Assembly (NCBI RefSeq): GCF_003918875.1
Contig: NW_025765670.1
Coordinates: 992,001-1,056,000, forward strand
Direction of reading: 5' to 3'
Length of the DNA stretch: 64,000 nt
From: Haliotis rubra
Taxonomy: Eukaryota
The stretch's first letter is position 1, and every line of letters starts with the position of its first letter. The notes below the pieces were generated by a model. The model searched no databases, was not told the DNA's origin, and saw only the letters and a program-made list of their open reading frames with translations. A program made the position numbers and the translations under genes. This document shows positions 13,778 through 27,978 of the stretch, one piece after another.

Positions 13778-13785
13778 CACTTCAT
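13778..13785 (-). CDS. Candidate micro first coding exon (MK-C)
   Basis: AAG ATG AAG TG|GTAGGT, phase 2. Unique CpG-containing sequence lies upstream (13800-14170). So short that chance is likely. Confidence 0.3.
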
Positions 13786-16700
13786 CTTTCAAATCACCGC
13801 CTCTAGTCATCACAAACAATTAGCCTTCAACAACTTCACCAACAATCTCACCTCCTTACCACCAGCCGTTCCACAAGGTAAAATCCAAAATAACCTGTAG
13901 GATATTAACAGGTATTAATTAAGCAAGCAGAAAGCACCGGTCACATTATTTTCGGCTCAGCACTAAACGTCCCAGTGCTGTAACAAGTCCCCAGTGTCTC
14001 AGCTGACGACACGTAACCACGGTCACATGCCTAGCACATCTCCATCCTCCCTATACCACATCCACTGCACACCGAGCACTCGCGATTGTTGACCGAGAAT
14101 GATAATGAGGGGATATTTACCTTCATGACCATGCTCATAAGCAAAAGTCGAGCTCTGACGTAACCTTTTTCGTACTCAGTAGACATACATGGAATATTTT
14201 AAATAAACGTCAGTTTTCAAACTTCTGGAGAGCGACAGAATTTGTTTTTGGTCATTTCCGTATTCATGACTCTTCAAAGGATTTAATGTCTGTATATTTT
14301 GAAAACGTTTGCCTATTATGCATCACCAGCTCATACAGAATACTTACATCATATTTACTGCTTCACACATTTACAAGCTATTTTCAGATCTCATTAAAGT
14401 TTTATAAATGTCAAACCAACCTACAATGGCAACAATGACCTGATCAAACAAACTTGTATGTGTTCACTGTCGAGATCTTCGAACCAGTTCCCATTTTGTA
14501 CAATCCAAAACTATACACACACCGTATTCACTATTTCAAGCATTTACCACTATTTTCAGTCTTCAATAACAGTTGTTTAGGGTCAAAACAAGCCTGAATG
14601 TTAAGAAAAGAAATGTTCTTAACTTGCCTGTGTTCACGAAAACTCCAAAACAGATCCCACTACACTCGATCATCCATGCAATGCTTACATGAAGCAAGAT
14701 TCACATTGAGATTGTGAAGTTCCCAGGTAAACCAAGCTGACAGTTGCACGATACTGATTACCCAGGATCAGTGGCTATCGGTACGTCTGTAAGTATAACC
14801 GTCTGGCTGGGGAGATCACAGAAGCGTAGAGTTTCCTCAGAGCTTGTTACAACTCTTCACAGTGACATAATACGTCTCATAAGGACTCACTCGTCTGTGA
14901 ATTTACATCTGTCTAAATAGTAACTATCCTTTAGGTCTGCCAGCCAAGATTGAAAACTGACCACAAATATAATCTCTACCTAACCATCGCCTCAGTTGAT
15001 CAAACCCAAGGAAATATCAAGTTCACTTACCCCACTGTCCTTCCAGCTGCAGGTTTGAACAAACCCAGTTGAGCACAAATATGTAATAACTCATAAATAT
15101 TATTTCAATTGGTGAATCCCAGCAATAAAAGTCCAATTAGATTCTCATAACGACTGTCACCACATAGGAAGTAATCACACAAGCTTCTGACATAATGTCA
15201 TGGTTCTGCGACCATGTGCTTACCACTTGAACTTCAATCTAATGCAATGTTGTAAGATGTGGTCCGACTCCGCAGTGGTAATTACAATCCGTGGTCATGT
15301 AACGTTTCCTAGCTTGCCTCAGCCAGTTACACAATGACCCTGAAACTTATACCCAAGGGAAGTGAGCGCGCGTGGAGGAGTCGTCCAGCTTTCTGAGACC
15401 CCACTCTAACAGGTTGCACTTCCTCACACTTAATTATTTTTGGCCATCAAAGACGAAGGGTTAACAGTGTTTGTTTCTATATTTTCTAAATTTGATCTTG
15501 CAATTACCCCATGTGTTTTCACTTTTTTGTTGAAAATGGTCTATGGAGGAAGGGACTGCTATGACAGACAACCTATGAAAATCTAGATTCATTTTCCGTT
15601 ATAAAATCCCTTACCAGTTTCACTTGCATAGAAATCCTGAGCGATCCTTATGGAAAGTAGTCCAATTACAAAACCTTCCTTCTTCCTCACATCCAGAAAC
15701 TGTCAGAATTCACGTATGGTTTAAAACCACTTCATGATGTTTTGCACATACACGCTACACCATCCAGACATATCTCAGCAAAACCCAAGTTATATCTCCA
15801 GTCACAGCAAACCTAAGTTGACGTCTGCTTCACACATCTGCTACTTGGACTGACCACCTGAACACCTGTACACATTACCCTGTGACCCAGGGTCAGTTGA
15901 GCCTGCCTCCACTGTAGGATTTTCACAACCATTACCTGAATTAGACAACAAAACTGGCCGGTCACGGTGTCGGTGTGGTTTGCCTGTATGCTTGTCCTTT
16001 CTAACCTGGGTGCTAGCAAGCAGTGAACATTGCCAAGTTCTGGTGTGAGGCAGATCTTTTGACCCAACACATAAAACAGCAGGCAAGATACTTTATTGTC
16101 CAGCAAGCACTTAGGTCCAGAACATTAAACAGCAATTCAAAGCTAGACACCAACAGCTACATTTAACATGCTTATGTAAGATATGATTACTGCATTGTCT
16201 GGTTATTTTTATATCTATTTCATCCAAGTCTTGAGTTAATGAGTCACACATAATCAAACAAAAGCCTGGTTTAATGAACTGTTTAAATAGATTGCATGCA
16301 CTAGTTTATAGGGAAGTTCATCAACATAACACAAGCACAACAGTAAATAAAAAAATTATGATTTTGAAATTTATGACCAAGAGAAGGAAGAATTTCAGAC
16401 ATTAAATCACCAAAATGTCAGAAGGAGTAAACTTGAGCGAACATTATCCAAATATTGTACCAGAAACTGAAACTATTCCCATGTCTGTTAGGCGCAAAAA
16501 TATTCCAACATGCATCTGTACCCATCATCTGAACTGATTAAATCATGGCTTACCATCATCGAATATCCAAAGCCTGTTCCACATACATCCTGAGTACATC
16601 CAGATTCACTAAAATGCTTGTCCAACTCAAACAAACACAAGGAAGACTGCACAAACATAAGAGAAGTACCTCTGTTCGATTACTCTAACACAACCCTCCA

Positions 16701-17605
16701 AGCAGAAATAAGACAAAGAGATGTAACCACAGCCAGTCCGTGGTGTCACCTGTGGGACGTATAGATAACCCATCCAGAATCACACAGGGTCGTACACAAC
16801 TGTGAGGGACAACTGAACCATGGCTGTTTTGATGGAGGGAGGTACCTTGAGAGGGCCCCCAGTCATCAGATGTGATCGTCACAAGCCTCCAGGTATGTCT
16901 ACGATCGTTACCCAATGATCCCAAAAAGATAACAAATCCTTCCTGCATTGTCATGTCACATGGAAACGTTTCGCCTTCACATTTAATTACTCACGATGCA
17001 ATTTGCTTGTCAGTTCTGTAATCATGTATGAATGAGAAAATTTGGGCATCAATTATATGATCGGCAGAGTCCCTACTCTGTGTAAATATTGTGATCCAAA
17101 TCCATTAAACATCATTATGTGAGCTGGCCTTTGATATTTAGCTGATGTGGCCCAAGCAACAGTCCTATTGAATGAACATGAAGGAGCCAATGAATATAAA
17201 GTGGGCTTAAAAGGCATATGATAACATAAATTACGACGTTTATTGTCACAGGACATTTATGTCGTGGTAAAGTCAGGGTGTCACTCAATATACAAACCAA
17301 CAAGGTCAGATCATCATGGATGAGGTGATTACCAAGAACTTGCCATCAGATGAACTGAATGGAAGCAGAATCGCAGTGAGCGGGAACATTTGATGGGAGT
17401 CATCTGGAGATGAATAAATTTATTCTGATGTCAGTGTGAATATTTACGAGTCAGCACTATTCTGGCTGTATGAAGCAGCATGTGGATCAAAAAGAAAAAG
17501 TCTTGGCGAAACTAACCAGACGTTGATGGGGAACAAATGGGCCATGCAATAATATGAACAGTCCTGCTGGGTCGCATGTTTGAACCAAACAGACATCATT
17601 CAGGA

Positions 17606-17778
17606 NNNNNNNNNNNNNNNNNNNNNNNNNNNNNNNNNNNNNNNNNNNNNNNNNNNNNNNNNNNNNNNNNNNNNNNNNNNNNNNNNNNNNNNNNNNNNNN
17701 NNNNNNNNNNNNNNNNNNNNNNNNNNNNNNNNNNNNNNNNNNNNNNNNNNNNNNNNNNNNNNNNNNNNNNNNNNNNNN
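17606..17778. other. Assembly gap (173 N)
   Basis: Run of n. Confidence 1.
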
Positions 17779-17905
17779 TCCAGCAATATCACGGTGGGGG
17801 ACATCAGAAATGGGCTTCACACATTGTAGTTTTTGTACTCATGTCAGGAATCGAACCTGAGTCTTCGGCATGATGAGCGAATGCTTTAACCACTAAGCTA
17901 TCCCA
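17779..17905 (-). mobile_element. SINE family A, cut by the assembly gap
   Basis: Family A body and head start immediately after the N run. Confidence 0.85.
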
Positions 17906-18120
17906 TTATTTTGCCTTAGAATCCATACAAGAAGGACCTATTCTACCTTACAATCAACACAGGGTTGACCTATTCTGCCTTACAATTCACACAGGAAAAC
18001 CTATTTTGCCTTGGAATCCACACAGGGTCGACCTATTCTGCCTTACAATTCACACAAGAAAAACCTATCCTGCCCTAGAATCCACACAGGTGGACCTATT
18101 CAGCCCTAGAATCCACAGGA
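17905..18120. repeat. ~32-bp minisatellite, ~6.5 copies
   Basis: Unit like cctattctgccttagaatccacacagg..ga. Confidence 0.85.
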
Positions 18121-19808
18121 GAATGCTGATTCATCCTGCATGCAATGGTTACTAGTCATCACACAGAGATGCATCAGATGGTGACCATGGGACATATTAG
18201 AAGTGATTACCACCCTCATACAGTCCGAGGTGTTACACCCAAATGGGCTTCCAGATCAGGAAACACTGTGTCCTTGAACATGTCCTTGAACATGCCGGCG
18301 CCATACCCCTGGTGATGGCCGAATATGATTAATATGACAGCTACTGGTCATTTATCTCCCGGGTTCTGGTGAGTCTGACCTTCACTTCAGACTGCAGCTC
18401 ATAAACCCTGTATAAAGCAAAACAATACATCTAGTGTGATGGATGCCACACCACATCCTGTTTGCCACATGGAAGGCAGATAAAATTTCAGCTCCGTGCA
18501 AAAAAAATAAGATCTGGCCAAGCAGACGGTCGGAGTTTGGAAAGGAATCGGAGATAAATCACTTCTTTGAACAACACGTTGACACCGACTGCACATTCTG
18601 TCACAGATTATTGCCATAAAACTAAACGTTATTATCCCAACATTTCTTTCTGCATGGAGATCTGATCAAGGAGGGTACTGTCAGCAGTTGCGCTGCTGCA
18701 TGTATATACAATGATATTATGCCATGCGTATGTGCCCTGATAGAAAATGTCACATGGAAGGAGTATCATAAATATTTAAGCCCCTGTCAGGAGCTGATAC
18801 ACCCAAAAGTGTCATCAGAGGTACAAGCTTGGATTCAGTTCTCCAAGAATATGAAGCAAGAGTATGTGCACCATCTCACCACAGCTGGTATATCATGATT
18901 ACAGCTACAGTCTTCACACCTTGTAATAAGAACATTAGTAGACAGCTTTGGTTAATATTCTTGTCCTCTTGTACAGAGTGTATACTTGTAACATCCAAAT
19001 GTACCGTAAGGATAATTGATGGTGTTGTGTTCACAGCACAGCTCAGACTATTGTGTATCAAAAGTCAGTTAAAGTCTTATTTGAATCACAAATCATCAAA
19101 CATAAGATACAGTATACCATATAGAGAGTCAGCTTGGTCCCATTTTATGCCAGATCCTGAATTGCTGATATTCCTGTAATGTTCTATAAACTATGACATC
19201 ACTATATCTTAACCTTGGTACATCAAGTCATCCACAGATTGTCGATGAATCTTATTTGGAAAGTCAGATTCAATAACAAAAATTGCCGAAATACATATCT
19301 TTGAAAAAGTTAACAGTATAAATACAGAATGGCTGACCTTTAAAAGAAAGCTAATTAATTATCCAAAAGAAATCAGTGAGATACCATCTTTACGAATCTC
19401 AACAGTATTTTGGCTGTATACATTCCACACTTTACTTTTCAATACATCTTACAAACTGCAACATTCCATTGTGTGATTTTATCATATAATTTGAGGCAGG
19501 TGGGTGGGTGCGACATTAATCTGTTTCTACAATATCCTAAAACGTATCAACCAGTATCGAGGACATGACTCGAAGAGCTACGAAAGGCAAAAGGTGATGA
19601 CATTTCGGCCAGGCCTTACAAGTCACTGGCCATGTCATACATCTGTGGGTGACAGCGAGGTGACATTTTGTTTTCCAACAATACAGGAAGTGTTGAGAGA
19701 AAATAGCTTATTAGTAATCCTAATATTACAAACACAGGAAAGCCTTGTCCTTTAGAAAGGCCATGTGGCTGTTGGATAAACATGAACATATCTCTAACCT
19801 TAACTGAC

Positions 19809-19968
19809 TGACTGAGTTTGGTTTTACCCCGCTTTTAGCAATATTCCAGCAATACCACGGTGGGGGACACCAGAAATGGGCTTCACTCATTGTACCCATG
19901 TGGGGATTCGAACCCGGGTCTTTGGGGTGACGAGCCAACGCTTTAACCACTAGACTACCCCAGCGCCC
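19809..19968 (-). mobile_element. SINE family A, full length
   Basis: Near-identical to 26639-26804. TSD ctaaccttaactgac (19794-19808, 19969-19983). Confidence 0.92.
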
Positions 19969-19985
19969 CTAACCTTAACTGACGT

Positions 19986-20265
19986 ACACACTGAAAATAA
20001 CTACAAAACACACATAAACTTTCACACACAAATAAACTACTGTGACTTCAGTATAACAAAATCTTTCATTATCAACTTGGACGTCATTCATATCAACACT
20101 TATGGAGCAATGTCAATTAATACACACTGAAAACAAGTAGAAAACATGCATAGACTTTCACACACCAAGAAACAACTAAGACAGTTGTAAAATATAATCT
20201 CTCATTATCAAACTGTATTACTCAGATATGATTCATATCAACACCTATGTAGCAAATGTCAATTG
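19986..20265. repeat. ~135-bp tandem duplication
   Basis: tacacactgaaaa...cattatcaa...attcatatcaacac...atgtcaatt occurs twice. Confidence 0.75.
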
Positions 20266-21521
20266 ATATATCATGAACGAAAAAATGTCCGAGCATATGA
20301 AACATTTTCATATACCATACACAAGTAGAATATCTCAGTTTTCACTATAAAATTAAAAACACATCCCTGAAAATATCAATGTACCCTAACTTTTCTTGTT
20401 CAGTATATATGAATCTGGCCTAATTAGTTTTAACAAAATAGATTGAAACATGCAGTTCAATATACAAATCGTGATGAAAAGGACAACTGGGGTACAGCGA
20501 CTACCTCAATGTAAGGAAGCCATGTATTAACAGACTCATGATGAACATCCCGTTCCATTCCAGCTGTCAGCCAGTTGAGCACAGCTGGACAAACATTTCA
20601 GGACAAGACTGTCTCACATCAGGCGATACGGAACATATGTACTACTGGTGTATAATAGACATTATTACCCAAGGTTAGGTTACATTTTTTCAGATTAGCG
20701 AATTAGCATAATCAATCAATTATATTCCATCACCGAGTAATCAAACATTTTTATTGACTAGATTTTCAGTCAATGTGACGTACGGCAGGATAATTTACAT
20801 GAATTCATAATGTTGGAACATATACATATATAGTAAATTGAACATACAGAAACATTCAAATATTATATCCAAAACGTTCGAGCAGCTAGATATAAAATCT
20901 GAAAAGACTATAGATAATATGTGTCCTTCATGACCTTAGAAACTAGGCTAAATATATCTTACTTTTCCAATAATTTATTAAAGTCATAGTATTTCTAAGC
21001 TAAGCAATTATTTGCAAGGTATATAGCTTTTTCATGTTTTGCTTCACGATGTCAACGAGCTCTATTAATCAAGATTGACACCCAGACCATGTTTCCCCCG
21101 TCGACAGAAAGTCAATACACTCCATCCTAATATAGACCCAACCACGCAACTAACTTCTCAATGAGCTATAACAATAGCAATAGAACCATATATATTAAGG
21201 CTCATAAAATATGCCCAATTTAGCATAATAAGACCAGAATAGCATACATTCGCACCAAACATCATCAAAATAAAAATTGACAAGAAATACCAATCATGAA
21301 CTGTCAAAGGGATATATACATTAATATGTATAAAATGATAATTTTGGTCTTATGTGGTAAACATGCATAAATTTTAGATAATATTAGCGGGGTATGTTGA
21401 CCTGTTATCAAATCTGATCTAATAAAATGATGAAATCAGCATCCTATATAAACCAGCACCGTTGTCTCGTAACAACACAGAGCTGTAAGCAAGGACTGAT
21501 GGTTATAATGACTTGTTCTAC

Positions 21522-21574
21522 CTTTTCTCCATCTCCAACTGCTGAATGCGAAGACGTACAATATGCTGCATCAT
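21522..21574 (-). CDS. Candidate alternative first coding exon of IQSEC (MMQHIVRLRIQQLEMEK-S)
   Basis: In-frame TGA upstream, ATGATG at 21574, 17 codons + 2 nt, donor AG|GTAGAA, phase 2. The peptide looks protein-like (amphipathic) and unique sequence lies upstream. Confidence 0.5.
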
Positions 21575-23660
21575 CACTGCTGTGCTTCACCTGTCCACTC
21601 GAAACAATCAGTTTTCCATGTCCTTTCCTACATCCAAACCTGCCCTAGCCATGTTGTCTCCTCAAAGTCGTATCCGAAGCGGAAAGCACTGTCCTCCATT
21701 TTTCCTTCCTACATTATGTTGATTGGAAACTGACCAAATCCAATAGTGGAAGGCAACTCTACATTTCAGTCAGCGATTTTCTGTTCTCTCACGACAAGCA
21801 GCCGCAGTCGACTGCATTGCTAATAAGCAAGTAGTAATAATTTGCAGTTAGTGCGATCGCCGCCGTGTTCGACTGTTTCCGTAGAGAAACCTTGGATATC
21901 GGGATCAATATTCGAGGGTATGAATATTGTAGCAGCCCCACAGCTGAGTTCCTAGCACAGCAGATGCCATTTAACAACCAATCAGTCAGATTGGTCCCAT
22001 TCACTGCGGCTCTTTCATTCACTGCAGTCCTGGTATATGACATAACATTTTACTATGTTGATGTACATCTGTCCAACACGCACAAACATGAGTTAGAGGA
22101 TGTCACACATTCAAAATGAGCTAACAGAATCAATATCCAGATTTACCTCGGTGACGGAATAACGTAAACTGTCCAGCCATTATCAGTGGGCAGATGTGGC
22201 CATAATTAGAGACAGACAATGAAGGACACAGCGCAGCTCCTTGCCGACTCACACTGTCCTGTCACCAGCACTCAGCTGGGATACAATGAACTACGCCTTT
22301 TAGAATTAACATGCAGGAATACACCGGCTACCAAACACAATGGAAAGAAAATTTTGGATCAATAAATTATTCAAGCCAAGCAGTTGTACACATGACTGGA
22401 TGGGTCTGTGATCCTTTGGATTTTGTAATGATGATGCTCAACTTACACTTCTAACAAGGAAAAGGAACTTGAAGCTTATTTTACATAAGTGTGGTATCAC
22501 TTTCAACTCATTGGACTTTTAGTGTTTATGTATAATAAATGCAAATTGTTTAGTTTCATATAAATCTCAAAAGAAAATTACTGACATGAATCATTAAGCT
22601 TTTGAGAACTAGAAATGAAGAATATTTTACAATTTTCAAAGTTTATTAACTTCCTCGTTTATTTATTAAATAGAGAATTCCAAAAAAAAGTATTTTGTTA
22701 TCAAATTAAGCAATCCCAAGAGATTGCAAAGAAACATTTTTTTGTAAAAAAGGAAAATATTTTTGAATAATTAATTAGTTAATACATAATCTCCGATATA
22801 AATTAAGGAGGTGTTGAGTATGTTTGCGATATTAATGGCACTGTTCAATATAACTCCATTTATTGATAGAAATGTCACAATGACAGTACCATTGACTGAG
22901 ACATGATCAATTCAGACAATTACAATGAGAAGATTAGGTCATGTTAGGAAAATACCAATATTTCACAAACAATGATTGTAAGTACCATTTGTATAAGATC
23001 CTATCATTAACTGAATTCATTTACTACTGTCTGAAACAAATATGGAAATTTTAATATTTTTAAAAGTCTTTTACAGGCATTTAGAACTTGAAAGAACATT
23101 ATACAATTGTAATGATATAAACTTTTGCAATTTAGTAATCTTTGCAAAGACATTCTAGAGCTATTTCTTGCCTCTTTATCAAATGATTAATAAGTAGGGC
23201 TAAATAGTTAATACATACATATATATACACGTCTTTTACATTTTAATCATAATCCCTGATATTCCATTTAACATTTATATATATTCCTGTGTCAAAGATG
23301 TTTAACTTTGTATCGTGTGGCCTCTACTGCCAGTTGGTGACCATGTCGGATTCTATGCCCACGGTCAGTATTGATGTTCAACTACAGCCCCAAGTCAATG
23401 CTAATGTCCACTATGGCTTTAGATAGTTCACCTGTGGTCAGTTACATACATGTATGCCCAGCCAGGCACCCTATTAATAAGGTGATAAAGACCTTGACAG
23501 CTGGCCAGTGTTAATTAAGCATACACCCCACCTGGACTGGTTAATATAGACTTGCATGAACATGACCAGCTTTTGAAAACGTACCGAACGTGGTATACTG
23601 TGGGAAACAAATTAGGGAACACCAGTGTTCCTTTACTTGTTCTCAGAATTTCACTCAGTG

Positions 23661-23755
23661 CAATACAAAGCTTGGAAGAAACTAGGAATAGGATAGAAGA
23701 GACTAACAATACAAAGCTTGGAAGAAACTTGGAATAGGATAGAAGAGACTAACAA
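23661..23755. repeat. 46-bp tandem duplication
   Basis: caatacaaagcttggaagaaact.ggaataggatagaagagactaa occurs twice. Confidence 0.9.
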
Positions 23756-24342
23756 CTAGTCTCTAAAATATTTTACAGAATTTTTTTTTTCATAATAAAA
23801 TAAATTAAATATAATGAAAAGGAACCCTGAGACTTTCTCCAATTTCTGTGGAAATCTACACTTGCAACATAATCTAGACTTGCATAGGCTTTCTAGGATA
23901 TGTTTGTTTCAGCGTCTGTATCACAGACTAAGGATAGCTTAACACTTTTACTTTCATGTGATACCTTTTTTCTTTCTTTCAGTATATGTTGATATGAAAA
24001 GTTGATACTGAATATAACACGTGATAAAGATTATCGTAACAGTAAGTGTAAGTTTACCATTATGACAGGCGATGGAGGACAGAGTGACAAGAACTGTAAC
24101 ACAATAATTACATGCTGTGGGTAGGACATCATATGAAAGCTGGAACATGTTTTCTGTTCACCTCTGTCTAATGAAAACACAAGACTTAGCATCTGTGATA
24201 TCTCCTTAGAGCTGGACTGAGTAGCTTCATTTACAGCTATTGCTGTATCCTGAACTCAGCACAGCAGGGAACAAGCATAGGTTTCAGGTTGTGTATCTGA
24301 ACAGGGAACCGTACCGACTTGATTAATGAAGAGCAGACTCAC

Positions 24343-24383
24343 CTCAAAACAACACAGGCTTCTCTGTGTCTGTGTGCAAACAT
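24343..24383 (-). CDS. Candidate alternative first coding exon of IQSEC (MFAHRHREACVVL-S)
   Basis: ATG at 24383, 13 codons + 2 nt, consensus donor AG|GTGAGT, phase 2. Confidence 0.4.
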
Positions 24384-24964
24384 TAAAGTCGACCTGCTGA
24401 TGTCTGCATCTGTTTGTCTGAGATGTTGTCGGCCAGAACTGTACGTGTCTAAGATGTGTCAAGATATTACTGTCAGAACATTGCACAATCACATCTGTCC
24501 ATCTGACTTCATTCCATGCTGAGATCTGCCTCCAACACATATATTTCCTTCCCAAACAACAAGCAAAATAACCTCTTCCATTTTTCAGACTGGCATTAAC
24601 AGTTCGACAGATGACTCTCCAGTACAGACTATCATCAACTTGTAGTCCTGCCTTGAGCCTGTCTGTAACCCCCATGTGACCTGTGTGCTGTTGATGGTAT
24701 CTGTCCCTATCACACCTTCCACCACCAAACTCTCACTTTCATATCAGAATCTCACGTTTTAATCACAGAACCATCACACATTCAGACCTATCTGTGGGTG
24801 TCATGTGTCCAGTGCATATCATACAGAAAGGTGAGACCACCTTGGAGAAGAACGGGAAATGAATCTTTATTGGCCATCACTTCAAGAGATCTCCTTCTTT
24901 GGGTCTACCTTATCTCAATTGTTTTGTATCTCATTGCATGAAAGAAAGCTGTGGTCATGTACTG

Positions 24965-25080
24965 GACTTTTTGCAACTTCAGTTGATCTAACAGTAAATT
25001 TCTGGGCTTTTTGCAACATCTGTTAATCTAACAGTAACATTCTCAGCTTTTTGCAACATCTGATAATATAACAGTAAAGT
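24965..25080. repeat. 40-bp tandem repeat x3
   Basis: ctttttgcaac.tc.g...atctaacagtaa recurs every 40 bp. Confidence 0.85.
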
Positions 25081-25170
25081 CCTGGGCCTAGATTTTCAAA
25101 GCTCTCTTAGTGGTAAGATAGTTGTAAGTTAATGTTATTGCTAAGAGAGCTTCGAAAATCTAGGCCCAGG
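25081..25170. mobile_element. 90-bp hairpin MITE
   Basis: 30-bp arms cctgggcctagattttc(a/g)aagctctcttag with one mismatch. It interrupts a 40-bp tandem repeat. Confidence 0.78.
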
Positions 25171-25447
25171 AGCTTTTTGCTAGGCTAAGAGCTAAGTCTA
25201 TCCTCAAGTACGATATCATTTACAGGACCAACATAAATCACAATTGGGTGGTTAAAATTCATGGCCAGGTTGATTGCATATATTGAAACATACCAGACTT
25301 ACCCGGATATCGGACTATTTTGCAGCTGGAATATTGCTTCCTGACATAAATATACATTCACTCCGATATTCTTGTGAACAATCACAGCACTTGGTATGCC
25401 TTCATTATTAAAGTAACCAGACTGCCAAAACGAAGATGTGCAGATAC

Positions 25448-25599
25448 CACTGGCATCGACAACTTGATCCAGATGTCGAAGATGAGCTGTTCAATGAACG
25501 CTTTTCTATCCTGCCACCATTACAAAACAAAACATCACGAAAGAAAACTTTGGAACCCAAATCAGAAATAACCAAAGAAAACGAGACCTCAGAAGACAT
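25448..25599 (-). CDS. Candidate alternative first exon (MSSEVSFSLV...SSSSTSGSSCRCQ-C)
   Basis: ATG at 25599, 50 codons + 2 nt, weak donor TG|GTATCT, phase 2. Confidence 0.25.
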
Positions 25600-25954
25600 G
25601 AAAACTGAACTCCAGTACCAAAATGCTTACTACTTTCAAATCTAACACCTGGCAGCAGCGTTACACAAACTTAAAACGCAAACATTTACTTAAACTTCGG
25701 TATTGGCAACCTAACGAGGAAGATAGCTCAGTGAGAAAATGAACCCGGACCAAAACAAACAAGTGAGTCTTTGTGAGGCGTGTCATCAGATTTCAGGGCA
25801 AGTAATAAGTTCAGGTCATTTCCCTTGAGGAGATCTTACAGCTGTGTAGAGAACAGTAGTTTGTCAACAGAACAAACCGGCCACACTTCCACCTCTCACC
25901 AGGCCAACAGTCACAGACTATAAGGAACCAATCAGCAGCGGTAACCACAGCATG

Positions 25955-26046
25955 GGTCATACTTTGTTATCAACCATGTCGTACTGTGTTATCAACCATG
26001 TCATACTGTGTTATCAACCATGTCATACTGTGTTATCAACCATGTC
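25955..26046. repeat. 22-bp tandem repeat x4
   Basis: Unit tgttatcaaccatgtcatactg. Confidence 0.9.
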
Positions 26047-26638
26047 CTCCATCCTTGTATCAGACACCCTATTAACATTCATGTGCTTGCTTCTTCAAAA
26101 AATAGCACATACTTTCATGTGCACGATTGATGGAATTGATGGAGAGAAACTCGGATCAGTCACTTTTGATCTTAATTATTATGTAGGAAAATATAATCAC
26201 GTTGCCGTTAGAGGGTGCCATGTGTTTGCCATTATATGCTGACCTCATCGACCTTTACTTACACCATTCACATCAGGAAGATAGTAAAACTTTGCTTCAT
26301 ATCAACACAAATGAGTCAAGTTATTCTTGGCGAACTTCAAGGGCCAGTGAAATATAATCCTCCATTAATGTTCCTACCTTGTCAGAACTGGCTTAAGTGA
26401 CTTATAAAACTCCCAATTTCCTCCCAAAATAAAACTTGATAACTTTCCAGTTTTGGTTCCACAACCCAATCAATATGTCTATGGCTGCTGATGTTTTGGG
26501 TGTTGACGTAGTTGTTTAACTGTCTGCGAAACAGGAAGTTAAATTTAAGACAGAGTGCAAGAAAAGTCTAAATACATCGAGGAAGTGTCAATATTTTAAA
26601 CACGCCTTATCCACTATAATGAAAAGATTCTCTGAAGA

Positions 26639-26804
26639 CTGACAGACTTAGTTTGGTTTTACGCCGCTTTTAGCAATATTCCAGCAATATCACGGCGGGG
26701 GACATCAGAAATGGGCTTCACACAATGTACCCATGTGGGGATTCGAACCCGGGTCTTCGGCGTGACGAGCCAACGCTTTAACCACTAGGCTACCCCACCG
26801 CCCC
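26639..26804 (-). mobile_element. tRNA-derived SINE family A, full-length young copy
   Basis: A box TAGCCTAGTGG, B box GGTTCGAATCC, tRNA-Asp/Glu-like GTCACGCCGAAGACCCGGG, body ending GCTGGAATATTGCTAAAAGCGGCGTAAAAC plus a simple-repeat tail. 12-bp TSD attctctgaaga (26627-26638, 26805-26816). Confidence 0.92.
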
Positions 26805-27185
26805 ATTCTCTGAAGAAGCTAAGAGATTGTGTAGTCCAATGGAATTAATGTTATACAATACGGAAGACTGTTACAAATTTTTGACAGGTGTCTAAAGTTC
26901 AAGACAACAACATTAGGGAATAAAAGATAACACAACCAACAGGAAAGATCAAACTCATACGCCACACTCAGCAGTATTCCAGCTTTATGGCGGTGGTATC
27001 AATATTCTAGCACAATCATGGTACAGAACACTTGAATTAAGATTCACATATTTAATCCATGTGGGGAGTCAAACCTTGATGTTCGGCTTAACAAATGCTT
27101 CAACCACTAGTTTAGCCCCAATGTACACTTAGTGAACACAATGATGACATGACTGCCTTAGATCTTCCCTTCCTGAACCACAGGA

Positions 27186-27332
27186 CTGACTGAGTTTCAT
27201 TATACGCTGCTTTTAGCAATATTCCAGCAATATCAGAAATGGGCTTCACACATTGTACCCATGTGGGGAATCGAACCCGGGTCTTCGGCGTGACGAGCGA
27301 ACACTTTAACCATTAGGCTACCCCACCGCCCC
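27186..27332 (-). mobile_element. SINE family A with internal deletion
   Basis: Family A sequence. TSD cctgaaccacagga (27172-27185, 27331-27344). Confidence 0.9.
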
Positions 27333-27978
27333 TGAACCACAGGAGAAACTGTGGCACAATACAGTAATAAATTACATTTATCACCGAACAGATACTGGTA
27401 AAATGACAAACAAACAATACAAACTACAGCCCAGAATTAGTTCTGGAAGATACCATGACAAATTACAGATACATCAACAAGAAGATGTCATAACAAACAG
27501 GATTAACAGACACCCCCACAGGGACCCCTCTTGAAAATACACCGTTGCATACCAATAGGGACCCATTCACACTAACACGTTCTGGATAAGAGGCAACCTG
27601 ATTACTTAACAGCCTGGGTTTTGAATATGAACTGAAGCTACCCACAGCCTTTCCTACAGAAGATACTCCATTCAGCCTCTATTATGGCCACTTGTGACAG
27701 GCAGACGTCTGTAATACATACTGAAGATGAACTTTTGCACTTGGCCTTGTAATTAGATGAGCATGTTGGTCCTGTGGGATTAGCTGCTGACAATATAGGG
27801 TCTGTGAGGACACGGCATAGGGGTACAGGTTAGGACTATACTGGGATTGTCCTCTAGGGAAGGGCTGTCGAGTGAGGGGGTGGTGGAGGGAGTTTTGTGT
27901 AAGGATTACCAACATGCAATGGGAAGGTTGACTCCACAAAGTTACAGATCTGTTGGTTCAAGGGTTAAAACTGACCTC

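Noticed and set aside
17487-17873. ORFs with poly-X
   Set aside because: Artefacts of the N gap.
24256-24675. 139-aa minus-strand ORF as a gene or exon
   Set aside because: No recognisable homology. Its frame meets the GTGAGT donor in phase 0, incompatible with the 4152 acceptor, whereas a shorter frame fits.
26730-26804. tRNA genes at the SINE heads
   Set aside because: A/B boxes are present but there is no proper acceptor stem. They are always fused to the same body and tail with TSDs, so they are SINEs.
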